Positions 33,114-43,626 of a DNA stretch of 64,000 bases are shown here, in pieces (position 1 is the first letter of the stretch; every line of letters starts with the position of its first letter). The notes beneath the pieces were generated by a model. The model did no database searches and was not told the origin of the DNA. It saw only the letters and a program-made list of their open reading frames with translations. Source of the DNA: an uncultured Nitrospiraceae bacterium (GTDB taxonomy: Bacteria > Nitrospirota > Thermodesulfovibrionia > Thermodesulfovibrionales > SM23-35). The stretch is taken from NCBI GenBank assembly GCA_963727775.1, contig CAVSHB010000003.1, forward strand, positions 32,001 to 96,000, in the 5' to 3' direction. Both the position numbers and the translations under genes were made by a program.

Positions 33114-33890
33114 ATGGATTTACGCGATATAAAGAAGAAGATAAAGGGAAATATAGGCAAAGAAATCTTCTTTTATGAGACAGTGGGATCCACAAATACG
33201 ACTGCAATAGACCTCTCCGGCAGAACTGCCGAAGGGGCGATTGTGCTTGCCGATTATCAGGGAAAAGGCAGGGGAAGGCTGGGCAGGACATGGATTTCTC
33301 CGGCAGGGGACAACATATACATGAGCATAATCCTGAAGCCTGAGATAGAACCGCAAGACACAACTTTGATAACAATAATGGCTGCCGTGGCATGCGCGAT
33401 TGCCTTGAGAAGGGTAACGGGGCTCAACATCTCAATAAAATGGCCGAATGACCTGATGGTTTCAGACAAAAAGATCGGGGGGATTCTCACGGAGTTAAAA
33501 ACAGCAGCTGACAAGATTATTGTAGCGATCGTAGGAGTAGGTATAAATATAAATATAGATATCGATATGCTTCCTGACGATATCAGGAAAATAGCGACAT
33601 CAGTAAAAAATGAGGCGGGCAGATCATATTCACGGGAGGATATTATTGCAGAGATCTTGAATGAAATGAGCGATTGGAACACGGAACTCAAAGATATGAA
33701 CAGACAAAGGCTACTTTCAGAATGGCAGCGTCTTACATCTACTCTCGGCAAAGAAGTGAATGTTATTGCCGGCAAAGAATCTTTCAAAGGTTTTGCCGAG
33801 TCCATAGACGATAAAGGGATGCTTATTTTGAGACTTCCATCAGGGGATCTGAAGAGGATCAGCTCAGGGGACCTGACGATATTGAGATAG
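33114..33890 (+). CDS. birA: Biotin-[acetyl-CoA carboxylase] ligase (no N-terminal HTH)
   Basis: STN, QGKGRGRLGR, KWPND, KIGGIL. Confidence 0.93.
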   Translation: MDLRDIKKKIKGNIGKEIFFYETVGSTNTTAIDLSGRTAEGAIVLADYQGKGRGRLGRTWISPAGDNIYMSIILKPEIEPQDTTLITIMAAVACAIALRRVTGLNISIKWPNDLMVSDKKIGGILTELKTAADKIIVAIVGVGININIDIDMLPDDIRKIATSVKNEAGRSYSREDIIAEILNEMSDWNTELKDMNRQRLLSEWQRLTSTLGKEVNVIAGKESFKGFAESIDDKGMLILRLPSGDLKRISSGDLTILR

Positions 33891-34655
33891 ATGCTGATCG
33901 CCCTTGATATCGGTAACTCATCTATAAGTGCAGGGTTTTTTACCAAAGCAGGTCTTTTTGTCCGGAAGATTGACACTTATCCTTTATTGTCCCCCCTAAG
34001 ATATTCCATTATTTTTAATAGGTTTATAAAAGAAATAAATATAGACAAAAGACCTGAAGGAATTATAATATCTTCTGTTGTGCCGGTCCATACAGAGGTC
34101 TTGATAAGGGCAATGAAAAAGTTGAAAGCAGGGGAACCGTTATTAGTCAATCACAAGATTAAAACAGGTCTTGCTTTTAATATTCCAAGGCCGGAGGAAC
34201 TAGGGTCAGACAGAATAGCAAATGCGGTAGCGGCTTTCGAGCATGCCAAAGGCCCTGCGGCAGCCGTAGATTTCGGTACCGCTACAACAATCAGTGTCGT
34301 AGGGAAAGACGCAGGTTATAGTGGAGGCGCAATAATGCCGGGGATAAGGTTGATGAGCGAATCGCTTGCAAAGGGGGCTTCACAGTTAAACGAGGTCCGG
34401 ATAAGCATTCCGGGAGCAGCCCTGGGAACCGACACAGCAACATGCGTTCAGTCAGGTCTTCTTTACGGCACGGCAGGCGCCGTGGAAAGACTGCTAAGCG
34501 AATTTGAAAAAGAGACCGGGGTCAAGCTCAAAATTATGGTAACAGGTGGGTATGGAAACCTTATTTCAAACTTCATTAAGAGAAAGCATACATTGCTGCC
34601 TAATCTCACACTTGAGGGATTAAAACTCATATACACGAGGAATTTGAATGCATGA
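33891..34655 (+). CDS. coaX: Type III pantothenate kinase
   Basis: LDIGNS, SSVVP, LGSDR, DFGTATT, GGAIMPG. Confidence 0.93.
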   Translation: MLIALDIGNSSISAGFFTKAGLFVRKIDTYPLLSPLRYSIIFNRFIKEINIDKRPEGIIISSVVPVHTEVLIRAMKKLKAGEPLLVNHKIKTGLAFNIPRPEELGSDRIANAVAAFEHAKGPAAAVDFGTATTISVVGKDAGYSGGAIMPGIRLMSESLAKGASQLNEVRISIPGAALGTDTATCVQSGLLYGTAGAVERLLSEFEKETGVKLKIMVTGGYGNLISNFIKRKHTLLPNLTLEGLKLIYTRNLNA

Positions 34656-35652
34656 ACTGAGAAAAGATATACTGCTCGGCAGATGGGTTGCCGTCCTGTC
34701 GGAATCCAAGGCTCCTTCCGACTACACCCTGTCTTCGTATTCTAATGAAGAAGAAAGCAATTGTGTATTGTGTCCCGGCAGGGAAAATGAGGCGCCTCCC
34801 GAAATCAGCTCCATAAGAACGCAGGGCGCTCCTAACTGGTGGGTACGGTCATTGCCCAGTTTTAACCCTTTGTTTCAAATAGAAGGCGATCTGGGGAGAA
34901 GAGGGGTCGGGATTTATGACAGGATGAGCAACATCGGCGCAAACGAAATTCTGGTTGAATCTCCTGTCCATAATACAAAGCCGGAAGACATGGGACTTGA
35001 ACAGATGGTAAGGGTCATCACTCTTTACAGGGACCGCATCGCCGACCTTCAAAAGGATTCAAGACTGAGATATATTTTCATATACAAAGATTCAGGAAAG
35101 GACTCCGGGGCGATTTTTTCTCATCCTACATCTTTTCTCATGGCAACGCCGGTAATCCCGAAGACTGTCAAGGACGAACTTGATAGCGCTAAACAATACT
35201 TTGCCTATAAAGAGAGGTGTATATTCTGTGATATAATTAGGGAAGAATTGAAAGTAGGCGAAAGGATAATCCTTGAGACGAAAAATTTTGTTGCTTTTTG
35301 CCCATATGCGGCTCAATTTCCTTTTGAATCATGGATAGTGCCGAAAAGACATTGTTGCGCATTTCACGAGATCACGAATGATGAGATAGCGGATATGGGG
35401 CTTATACTGATGTCGGTTCTGAAAAAATTGAGGAAGGTATTTAATGAACCTCCTTTTAATTATTTCATTCACACTGCCCCCAATATGGTGCCGAGGAGAA
35501 ATCACTGGCATACGCTCGGTGAGGACTTTCATTGGCATCTCGAGATAATACCAAGGCTTCTAAGAACAAGCGGGTTTGAATGGGGTTCAGGATTTTATAT
35601 CCTGTCCACATCACCGGAAAATGCAGCAAAATATCTAAGGGAGGTTGGATAA
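34648..35652 (+). CDS. galT: Galactose-1-phosphate uridylyltransferase family protein
   Basis: ELRKD, C.LCPG.E, CIFCD, HWHLEIIPR, GFEWG; the HPH motif appears as SHPTS. Confidence 0.8.
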   Translation: MHELRKDILLGRWVAVLSESKAPSDYTLSSYSNEEESNCVLCPGRENEAPPEISSIRTQGAPNWWVRSLPSFNPLFQIEGDLGRRGVGIYDRMSNIGANEILVESPVHNTKPEDMGLEQMVRVITLYRDRIADLQKDSRLRYIFIYKDSGKDSGAIFSHPTSFLMATPVIPKTVKDELDSAKQYFAYKERCIFCDIIREELKVGERIILETKNFVAFCPYAAQFPFESWIVPKRHCCAFHEITNDEIADMGLILMSVLKKLRKVFNEPPFNYFIHTAPNMVPRRNHWHTLGEDFHWHLEIIPRLLRTSGFEWGSGFYILSTSPENAAKYLREVG

Positions 35653-36098
35653 TGGAAATCAAAAGTATTCTTTTCCCAACAGATTTTTCTGAGGGGTCTT
35701 CTCAAGCACTGCAGTATGCTGTCGACATGTCACAGAAGTACGGTGCAAAGCTGTATCTTATCCATGTAATTTACGACATAGCAAAGGCCTCAGGCTGGTA
35801 TGTCCCGCATGTGTCCGTAGACCAAATGTATAAGGATATCGTTGAAGGCGCAAAAAAGGAACTTGAAAAATTCGGGATCGAGGAACTGAGTAATCTGAAA
35901 AACTTGGAGCGTAGTGTTGTCATGGGTGTACCTCATGAGGAAATAATAAATTTTGTCAAGAAAAACAAGATAGACCTCATCATTATGGGTACTCATGGCA
36001 GAAAGGGCATCGACAGAATACTGTTCGGAAGCACTGCATCGCAGGTCGTCAGATTTGCGCCGTGTCCTGTGCTTACTGTAAGACTCCCGATGTATTAG
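35652..36098 (+). CDS. Universal stress protein
   Basis: ILFPTDFS, MGTHGRKG..LFGSTA..VVR.APCPV. Confidence 0.92.
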   Translation: MEIKSILFPTDFSEGSSQALQYAVDMSQKYGAKLYLIHVIYDIAKASGWYVPHVSVDQMYKDIVEGAKKELEKFGIEELSNLKNLERSVVMGVPHEEIINFVKKNKIDLIIMGTHGRKGIDRILFGSTASQVVRFAPCPVLTVRLPMY

Positions 36099-36478
36099 GA
36101 AACAGTATTTAGGATAAGAATCTATGCGGGGATACCTCTCGGAGAACGCATTCATTGACCTTCTCCTCAGTTCGGCAGAGGTATATAAAAGGGAATGTTT
36201 TGGCCTTCTCCCTTAATGGTGATGTTTCTGTAAAACGGGCGAAGATACACTGTCCTTTCCCGTCGGGCTTTTGAAAAATTAGTCATGGCCCGGCAGGACA
36301 CAGTCAGAATCAATCTTTTCGCTTATTCTCATACCCTGCAGACGTTGAGGGACCTGAGGATAATTTATCGGAAAAACATTCTGTTGTCGGAAAAAATAAA
36401 AACCGCCCAGCGGCAGTTCCCTCCTTTTTAAGACTGGAAATATAAAGAAATTATAACTATATTTTTTATACCCGGAAA

Positions 36479-37570
36479 ATGAAGCTAACTACAAAGGTAT
36501 TGATAGTAGGTGGTGGTCCGGCGGGCGCCACAGCAGCGGGGGTTCTCGCAGGAGCCGGATTAGATGTCATACTCCTTGAAAGGAATCTCTCCTTTGTAAA
36601 GCCTTGCGGTGGGGGGCTGTCCCTGAATGCCTTTGATGAATTCTGTATTCCAAAGACTGTAATACAAAAAGAAGTTCCATGCATAAGAATTATATCACCG
36701 AAAAGTGAAATGCTCGATATAGATCTGAAGGGCAGCAGTCTCGCGATCATCGCGAGAGGAGAATTCGACAATGAGCTGCGAAACAAGGCTAAAGAAAAAG
36801 GCGCAAACATCATAGAAGCGGAATTTAATAGTATTATGCACAATAAGAATTACAGGATTGCGGCAGCCGGCAGTGAATGGCAATATGACATATCCGCAGA
36901 ATATGTTATCGCTTCAGATGGCGTAAACTCAAGGCTCAGAACAGCCCTCGGCATAAAACCGGCACGGGCATTTTTTACTATGTCGGAACATATACAAGGT
37001 GAAGCCGTTGAATTTTGTGAGTTTTGGTTCGGCTCAACTCATGCGCCCCGGTCTTATTCGTGGGTATTTCCGACATCGGAAGGGATCTCTACAGGTACAG
37101 GCGCTTTTGAACAGGGTCAGGTCAAAGCCCTATTTGAAAGGTTCAAGAAACGAAAGGGGATCAAAGCGGAAGGTAATAAGAGGATATACAAGGTGCCTAT
37201 TTGGGAAGGTAATTTATATAACAAAGGGAAGGTCATCTTTGCCGGAGATTCAGCAGGTCATGTATTGCCATTGACATATGAAGGCATATATTATGCAATG
37301 AAGGCAGGAGAATTTGCTGCAAGGTCGATAATTGAAGAAAAAGTCGGTCAATATAAGAAGATGTGGAAAGCGAGGTTTCTAAAGCGGTTTATCCTTATGG
37401 AAAGACTCAGAGATTATTTTTTGAAGAACGATTACTCTGCCGAGAGACTTGTTGCCCTTCATAGGAGGCCGGAGATTCAGGAGGTTTCATTGAGGCTTTG
37501 GCTCAGCAAAGACAGCAGTAAGGAAGGCCTTGTTAATTACATAAAACTGTTCAGGAAATTTCTGACTTGA
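36479..37570 (+). CDS. Geranylgeranyl-reductase-family FAD oxidoreductase
   Basis: GGGPAG, KPCGGG, YSWVFP, GDSAG..P..EGIYYA. Confidence 0.85.
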   Translation: MKLTTKVLIVGGGPAGATAAGVLAGAGLDVILLERNLSFVKPCGGGLSLNAFDEFCIPKTVIQKEVPCIRIISPKSEMLDIDLKGSSLAIIARGEFDNELRNKAKEKGANIIEAEFNSIMHNKNYRIAAAGSEWQYDISAEYVIASDGVNSRLRTALGIKPARAFFTMSEHIQGEAVEFCEFWFGSTHAPRSYSWVFPTSEGISTGTGAFEQGQVKALFERFKKRKGIKAEGNKRIYKVPIWEGNLYNKGKVIFAGDSAGHVLPLTYEGIYYAMKAGEFAARSIIEEKVGQYKKMWKARFLKRFILMERLRDYFLKNDYSAERLVALHRRPEIQEVSLRLWLSKDSSKEGLVNYIKLFRKFLT

Positions 37571-38394
37571 GCTTAAAAAGATTTTTTATTTATTCAGCTG
37601 TATTCCACGCTTTTATTATTGCGGTAATTCTGCTGACTATCCCCGTGGCAAAAGAAAAAAGAAAGGGAGATGAATTTATGACGAATCTTGTTTCTCCCGA
37701 TGAAATCGCGGAAAAGCCTCGTATCGTGCCTGTTCCAAAGATGAGACCTGTCCCTCGTTCTCTGCCGCGCGCTCGGCAACGCGCAATGCCGAGGCCTGCC
37801 GTCCCCGCGCCGACTATAAAAGAACATGCAATAAACTCGTATGAAAGGGGCGGTCCTTTGTCGCAACCTCCTACAGCTCAGGCTCCTTCATCCCCTGCCT
37901 CCCAGGGCCGTAACAAAGAAGAAAGGCCTGAGAGCAGAGGCGGAAACATGTCAAAGCCTCAGAGTGCGGGCCCTTCTTTGAAGGACAAACTTTTCGACAA
38001 AAAAATTATCGGTGATATCGCGAAACAAAGCATTGAAAAATATGAAAAGGAAAACAAAGACAAAACCTTTACATTCAATGCAAAAGAATATAAATTTCTG
38101 ATTTACAACCGAAGGCTGAAAGAGCGTATAGAGAGCGTCTGGGAATATCCGCGTGAAGCCGCTGAAAAGGGGATTTACGGAGACCTGATCATAAAATTCA
38201 CTATAACGAAAAACGGCAGTCTTGGAGCGGTTGAAATTGTCAGGACATCAGGACATAAAAACCTCGATGACGCTGCAATAAAAGCGCTGAAAGATGCTGC
38301 ACCATACTGGCCTTTGCCGGATGAATGGAATGTGGACGCCTATCCAATAGAAGGACATTTTGTTTATACTGTTTACGGATATGGCATCATGTGA
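37567..38394 (+). CDS. TonB-family energy transducer
   Basis: N-terminal TM with S..H, Pro-rich linker, C-terminal YP..A...SG...LD.AA. Confidence 0.85.
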   Translation: MSLKRFFIYSAVFHAFIIAVILLTIPVAKEKRKGDEFMTNLVSPDEIAEKPRIVPVPKMRPVPRSLPRARQRAMPRPAVPAPTIKEHAINSYERGGPLSQPPTAQAPSSPASQGRNKEERPESRGGNMSKPQSAGPSLKDKLFDKKIIGDIAKQSIEKYEKENKDKTFTFNAKEYKFLIYNRRLKERIESVWEYPREAAEKGIYGDLIIKFTITKNGSLGAVEIVRTSGHKNLDDAAIKALKDAAPYWPLPDEWNVDAYPIEGHFVYTVYGYGIM

Positions 38395-38482
38395 CAAACA
38401 AGGATTCGAGGATTCCAGTGATTCAAAAGAACGTCTTAAATACCGGAACCCTTAAAACCAGGTATCTTAACCCCGACTTTTT

Positions 38483-38701
38483 ATGCCACCGAGACTTTAT
38501 CTAAAAGTGGGAGATATTGTAAGACACTTACGCTATAGCGCCTGGGGCGATGGTGAGGTGGTCGAAGAAAAACACTCCACCCTGCCGGGTGGACTATGTC
38601 TGGTACGAATACTTTTTGAAGACGGTACAGAAAGGTCCTTTATAAACGATCTTGATAACACATGTTGCTGTTATTATGCAGGAATTAAGATAAACAGGTA
38701 G
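38483..38701 (+). CDS. Small SH3-like protein (DUF3553-like), Cys-rich C-terminus
   Basis: GDIVRH...WG.GEV...V.I.F. Confidence 0.6.
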   Translation: MPPRLYLKVGDIVRHLRYSAWGDGEVVEEKHSTLPGGLCLVRILFEDGTERSFINDLDNTCCCYYAGIKINR

Positions 38702-38799
38702 ATAGGCAGATTTTAAGAATAAGGTTAAGTTTATAATGTAACATACTATTATAAAAGAATTTTCTTGACAAAAATCTCATCCAGTGCTTTAATCTCTCT

Positions 38800-39804
38800 A
38801 TGCGTCCTTTAACCTGTCTTATTGAGAAGGAGAAGACCTCTATTCTGGTGGTGGACGATGTCCAGTCAAATCTTGAACTAATGGAAGCAGTATTTACCAA
38901 GGAAGGGTTCAAAGTTTACACAGCCCTCAACTCGTTAGTCGCTCTTGATATATTCAGAAAATATCCTATCGATCTTGCTCTGCTTGATGTAATGATGCCG
39001 GTCACCGATGGATTTAAACTCTGCAGAAACCTGAAGGAAATATCGGGAAAACGTTTTTTCCCTATTATACTGCTTACAGCTCTTACTGACAGGCAGTCCA
39101 AAATTAAGGGCATCGAATCAGGAGCGGACGATTTTATCAGTAAGCCCTTTGACCCCACTGAACTCAACCTGAAAATAAAATCATTACTGAATCTGAAGAC
39201 ATTGAATGAGGAGCTTGACCATTCGGAAAATATCATTTTGACTCTTGCAGTTGCTATGGAGTCAAGAGATCCCTATACAAAGGGGCACTCAGCGAGAGTA
39301 AGTAAACTCTCGGCAGATTTCGTGGCCTTTCTCAGTCTCCCGGAGGACGATAGAAAGGAGATGAAGAAGGCCGGAATCCTTCACGATATAGGAAAGATAT
39401 GCCTGAGTGAATCATTACTCCGTAAACCCGGATCGCTGACAAAGGAAGAAGTGGAGATGATCAAGACCCATACCGTACTCGGAGAGAAATTGTGCAAGCC
39501 CCTTTTTTCTATGAGAAAAATACTGCCTGCAATAAGGCACCATCACGAACGATGGGACGGGACTGGGTTTCCCGATGGCCTCGCAGGGCAGGATATCCCG
39601 ATCATGGCAAGGATCCTTGCGATTACAGACTCCTTTGATGCCATGGTATCGGTACGTCCATATCGTGATCGGCGATCTGTATCGGTCTCCCTCGAAACTA
39701 TAGAATCGGAGCGGTACAGCGGACAGTGGGACTCCGAATTGGTCGGATATTTTCTCGAAATGATGCATCCCTTAACGAAGAAGGGCCATAGAGTAAATGC
39801 TTAA
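38800..39804 (+). CDS. Response regulator with HD-GYP phosphodiesterase domain
   Basis: REC (VDD, LDVMMP, KP) plus GHS, LHDIGK, HHERWDGTGFP. Confidence 0.92.
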   Translation: MRPLTCLIEKEKTSILVVDDVQSNLELMEAVFTKEGFKVYTALNSLVALDIFRKYPIDLALLDVMMPVTDGFKLCRNLKEISGKRFFPIILLTALTDRQSKIKGIESGADDFISKPFDPTELNLKIKSLLNLKTLNEELDHSENIILTLAVAMESRDPYTKGHSARVSKLSADFVAFLSLPEDDRKEMKKAGILHDIGKICLSESLLRKPGSLTKEEVEMIKTHTVLGEKLCKPLFSMRKILPAIRHHHERWDGTGFPDGLAGQDIPIMARILAITDSFDAMVSVRPYRDRRSVSVSLETIESERYSGQWDSELVGYFLEMMHPLTKKGHRVNA

Positions 39805-42800
39805 ATTAGCCATCATAGGAGGGAACATAGGCGCCAGTGCCCTCATTTCCCTCCTTCGGGGAGACACATTTAACAAGCTCAACCTTATCGGGATTTACGA
39901 GAACAATCAGGACTCCCCGGGGGTTATCCTTGCCAGAAAATGGAATATCCCGGTTTTTGAGGACATCATATCTCTCTGCTCTTCAAATCCGGAAATAGTC
40001 ATCAATGTGGCCGGGAACGTTGCCCTCAGTAATGAAATACGGACGGTCTCGGGGAATAGAATAGAAGTCGTGGAAGGCGCCGGTGCAAGTCTTCTCTGGG
40101 AGATTATCGAGAAACAAAAAAAGGCAAGGTTAGAGGCTTTCAAGACAATAGAGAACCAGAAGACCATTTGCAGTTTCTTATCAAAATTCTGCGGCACGGA
40201 TCAGCACACCGATTTTTTAGGTTTCGCACTCGAAAAAGCAATTGACCTAATAGAAGCCCCCGCAGGCAGTTTAGCAGTCTATGAAAATGGAGACATGAGA
40301 CTCGCTGTATCCAAGGGTTTAAGTAAAAAGTTTACAGAGAACAAGTCCTGGAACATAATGCCGGGCGGCCTTACCGATATTATTATCAAAGACAAAGAGA
40401 TAATCGCCATTCACGATACTTCAAAGGCGGATTATACGAAAAATAACCCTGCACTCATAAGTGAAAAGATAAGGGCGTTGCTTGCATGCCCCATCCCGGT
40501 AAGAGATGAAGTTGCCGGCATCTTATACATAGACGACTTTAAGCCGAGGCAATTTTCTGAGAGACAGAAGACGTCTTTGAACCTTCTTGCCTGCGTGATA
40601 GGTGTTTGCATGGAAAGGTTCAAGTTGATCAAGGGAACAGAAGACAAAAAATGGGAACTCGAAAGTCTGAAACAGACCCTTGAGAAGAAGGTGATAGAGA
40701 GAACAGAGGCCCTCGAGAGAATAAACAGCGAACTTGAATATGCCAACCAGCTTAAAAGTCGTTTTATTGCTAATATGAGCCACGAACTGAGAACGCCTCT
40801 TAATTCGATTCTCGGCTTCTCCGATGTCCTCCTCGACAAGACATTCGGCAGCCTTACAGAAAATCAGGAACGATATTTAAGAAATATCCACGTCTCCGGA
40901 AAGCATCTTCTGGAACTTATCAACAATGTTCTTGATATCGCAAAGATCGAGGCCGGAAAATTCGAAATGGTTTATGAGACATTCCACGTTGAAGACATAA
41001 TCAGCGAGGTAATCAACATCATGAAATCTCTGGCAGAGAACAAATTTATAGAGATTTTCGTCTCGATCGGCGAGGGCGTCAGCACTATTACCGCAGACAA
41101 GGTAAAACTGAAACAGATCCTTTATAATCTTCTTTCCAATGCGATCAAGTTCACACCAGAGGGCGGCACAATCAAAGTAACTGTCGACAAGGAAATATAC
41201 TCAGACAAGGGGCAACCTGTCCGGTTATCGGGTCCGGAATCTATGAGATTTTCCATCAAGGACACCGGAATCGGTATCGTACCTGAAGACAGAGAAAAGA
41301 TCTTCGATGAGTTCGAACAGTCAATCACGTCTCTCTCCAATAAATACGGCGGTGCGGGTCTCGGCCTTGCGCTGACAAAGAAGCTTGTTGAGCTGCACGG
41401 CGGAAAGATTACCGTTGAAAGCGAACTCGGCCAAGGGAGTACGTTTACGTTCCTCGTCCCTAGTGCATCACCCGTTGCAGAGATTCCAGGCACAGAAAAT
41501 ATCGAAGCCGTTGATTTCAGTTTTCCCTGGATGAAGGAAGGGTCACCGCTGATCCTTGTTGTTGAAGACGACCTCGCTACTACCGAGCTTCTTACCCTAC
41601 ATCTCACGCAGGCAGGGTATAAGGTCTGCCATGCGTTTAACGGAGAAGAAGCCATTGAGAAGGCGAATGCCCTTCAACCCTTTGCCATCACCCTGGATAT
41701 CCTTCTTCCCAAAAAAGACGGCTGGGAAGTTTTACAACAACTTAAGAGTGATCAAAGGACCGCAGATATACCGGTAATCATACATTCCATAGTGGACAAC
41801 AGAGATCTGGCCTTTGCGCTCGGGGCTACCGATTACCTTTTGAAACCCCTTGAAAAAGAGGCCCTCTTTGCAAAGCTTGAAGAGATGATGGTTGCCAAAG
41901 GGAAGAAAGTGCTGCCTATCTCTGTTTTGATTATCGAATCGGAAGATGAAGTAACAAATACCCTTAAAGAGATATTTGAACCCCAGGGTTTTCTCATTTA
42001 TACTGCACAGAATGGTCAAAGAGGGATAGAGCTTGCAACTGCATTAAGGCCTGCAGTGATCCTCCTGGATTTGACTTTGGCCGACATGATAGGGTTTGAT
42101 GTGATTAAGGAGATAAAGGAGAACCCCTCGACAAAGGACATCCCCATATTTATGCTGACCGAACGAGATATTTCTGTTGAAAACAGGATAGCCCTTGTAG
42201 GGAAAATAGAGAGGATTGTCCAGAAATACTCCTTCGATACAAAGGAATTAATAGGGCATATAAAAGAACTGGAAATGCTTTATCCGAGGAGGGCAGGATT
42301 AATAGATGAGCTTACCGGCATATTCAGCCACCGGTATTTCCAGATACGGCTCGCACAGGAAGTCGATAGGGCAACAAGATATAAACTCCCTCTGAACCTC
42401 CTGCTGATAGACCTGGATTTCTTCAGTGAGTATGTAAAGAAGCACGGTGAACAGAACGGCAATATTACCCTTACAAAGATTGCCGACCTCCTCAGAAAAA
42501 ACATAAGGGGCTCTGATGTTGTCGTGCGCTATGGAGGGGATTCCTTTGCGGTCATACTGCCTAACACCGTCATCACATCTGCCCTTTCGATGAGCAACAG
42601 GTTTAATGCGATAATAAAGAACTACCCGTTTATTTATGAAGATTCAAAGCCAACGGGACATATAACCGCGAGCATCGGCTTGACCTTTCTCGACGGCCAA
42701 TCGACGGAAGAATTCATATTATGCGCAGAAAAGGCTTTATCCCAGGCCCTCAGTAAAGGAGGGAACAGGGTTGAGATCTATTCAAAGGAAGAGAGTGCAA

Positions 42801-42823
42801 GAGAGACAGCCGAGCAGTTCTGA
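39797..42823 (+). CDS. Hybrid sensor kinase: Rossmann-like, GAF, HisKA/HATPase, REC, REC, degenerate GGDEF
   Basis: SHELRTP, NLLSNAIK, DTGIG, GLGL; two receivers; RGSD..RYGGDSF. Confidence 0.9.
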   Translation: MLKLAIIGGNIGASALISLLRGDTFNKLNLIGIYENNQDSPGVILARKWNIPVFEDIISLCSSNPEIVINVAGNVALSNEIRTVSGNRIEVVEGAGASLLWEIIEKQKKARLEAFKTIENQKTICSFLSKFCGTDQHTDFLGFALEKAIDLIEAPAGSLAVYENGDMRLAVSKGLSKKFTENKSWNIMPGGLTDIIIKDKEIIAIHDTSKADYTKNNPALISEKIRALLACPIPVRDEVAGILYIDDFKPRQFSERQKTSLNLLACVIGVCMERFKLIKGTEDKKWELESLKQTLEKKVIERTEALERINSELEYANQLKSRFIANMSHELRTPLNSILGFSDVLLDKTFGSLTENQERYLRNIHVSGKHLLELINNVLDIAKIEAGKFEMVYETFHVEDIISEVINIMKSLAENKFIEIFVSIGEGVSTITADKVKLKQILYNLLSNAIKFTPEGGTIKVTVDKEIYSDKGQPVRLSGPESMRFSIKDTGIGIVPEDREKIFDEFEQSITSLSNKYGGAGLGLALTKKLVELHGGKITVESELGQGSTFTFLVPSASPVAEIPGTENIEAVDFSFPWMKEGSPLILVVEDDLATTELLTLHLTQAGYKVCHAFNGEEAIEKANALQPFAITLDILLPKKDGWEVLQQLKSDQRTADIPVIIHSIVDNRDLAFALGATDYLLKPLEKEALFAKLEEMMVAKGKKVLPISVLIIESEDEVTNTLKEIFEPQGFLIYTAQNGQRGIELATALRPAVILLDLTLADMIGFDVIKEIKENPSTKDIPIFMLTERDISVENRIALVGKIERIVQKYSFDTKELIGHIKELEMLYPRRAGLIDELTGIFSHRYFQIRLAQEVDRATRYKLPLNLLLIDLDFFSEYVKKHGEQNGNITLTKIADLLRKNIRGSDVVVRYGGDSFAVILPNTVITSALSMSNRFNAIIKNYPFIYEDSKPTGHITASIGLTFLDGQSTEEFILCAEKALSQALSKGGNRVEIYSKEESARETAEQF

Positions 42824-43313
42824 TTCTTTTTACGATACATTCGAAAGTCCCATAGGAACTCTTTATCTTATAGTTGCCGGCAAGGTCCTCAGGAGAATTG
42901 ATTTTAAAAAGCCGGACCAGATTCCTCGAAAGGATATCGCTTCCCATCTCATCAAAAAAGAACTCAAGGAGTATTTCGAACATGGCAAGGATGAATTCAC
43001 CCAGAAGATCGACCCCGTAAACGGAACGGAATTCGAAAAAAATGTATGGCTTAGCCTCAGAGAAATCCCTTTTGGAGAAACGAGGACCTACAAATGGCTT
43101 GCTGAAAAGATCGGAAAGCCGAATGCCTCAAGGGCTGTCGGACAGGCTCTCGGTAAAAATCCCCTGCCTGTTATCCTTCCATGCCATCGCATCATCGAAT
43201 CCGACGGTTCACTCGGAGGTTATTCAGGAGGGGTTGATATTAAGAGAAGGCTGCTTGATATGGAATACTATATGAAATTGGAAAAGAACGGACTATGCAC
43301 ATGGATGAAATAA
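42795..43313 (+). CDS. ogt: Methylated-DNA-protein-cysteine methyltransferase (start uncertain)
   Basis: IPFGETRTY, RAVG, PCHR active site. Confidence 0.92.
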   Translation: MQERQPSSSDSFYDTFESPIGTLYLIVAGKVLRRIDFKKPDQIPRKDIASHLIKKELKEYFEHGKDEFTQKIDPVNGTEFEKNVWLSLREIPFGETRTYKWLAEKIGKPNASRAVGQALGKNPLPVILPCHRIIESDGSLGGYSGGVDIKRRLLDMEYYMKLEKNGLCTWMK

Positions 43314-43615
43314 TCGTTTTCATAACCGCTCCCAATGAAGATGAGGCTGCAAAGATTGCAACTGCCGTTGTCGAGAAGGGGCTCGCGGGTTGTGTCAACA
43401 TAATAAAAAACATCCGCTCTGTCTATAAATGGGAAGGAAAGATTGAGGACGAGGACGAGGTATTTATGATCGTAAAGACCCGAAAGGAACTATTTAAATC
43501 ATTAGCTGGAAAAGTGAAAGAACTCCACAGTTATTCAGTCCCTGAGATCATAGCCCTGCCCATCGTTGAAGGATCAGAAGATTACTTACAATGGCTGCGG
43601 AAAGTAACCGGTTAA
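43301..43615 (+). CDS. cutA: Divalent-cation tolerance protein CutA
   Basis: AGCVN, SVYKWEG, HSYSVPEII. Confidence 0.92.
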   Translation: MDEIIVFITAPNEDEAAKIATAVVEKGLAGCVNIIKNIRSVYKWEGKIEDEDEVFMIVKTRKELFKSLAGKVKELHSYSVPEIIALPIVEGSEDYLQWLRKVTG

Positions 43616-43626
43616 TATAGTCCGGG

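Noticed and set aside
36124..36420. Short coding-like remnant (LSENAFIDLLLSSAEVYKREC)
   Set aside because: Too fragmented to assign; perhaps a decayed JAB/MPN gene
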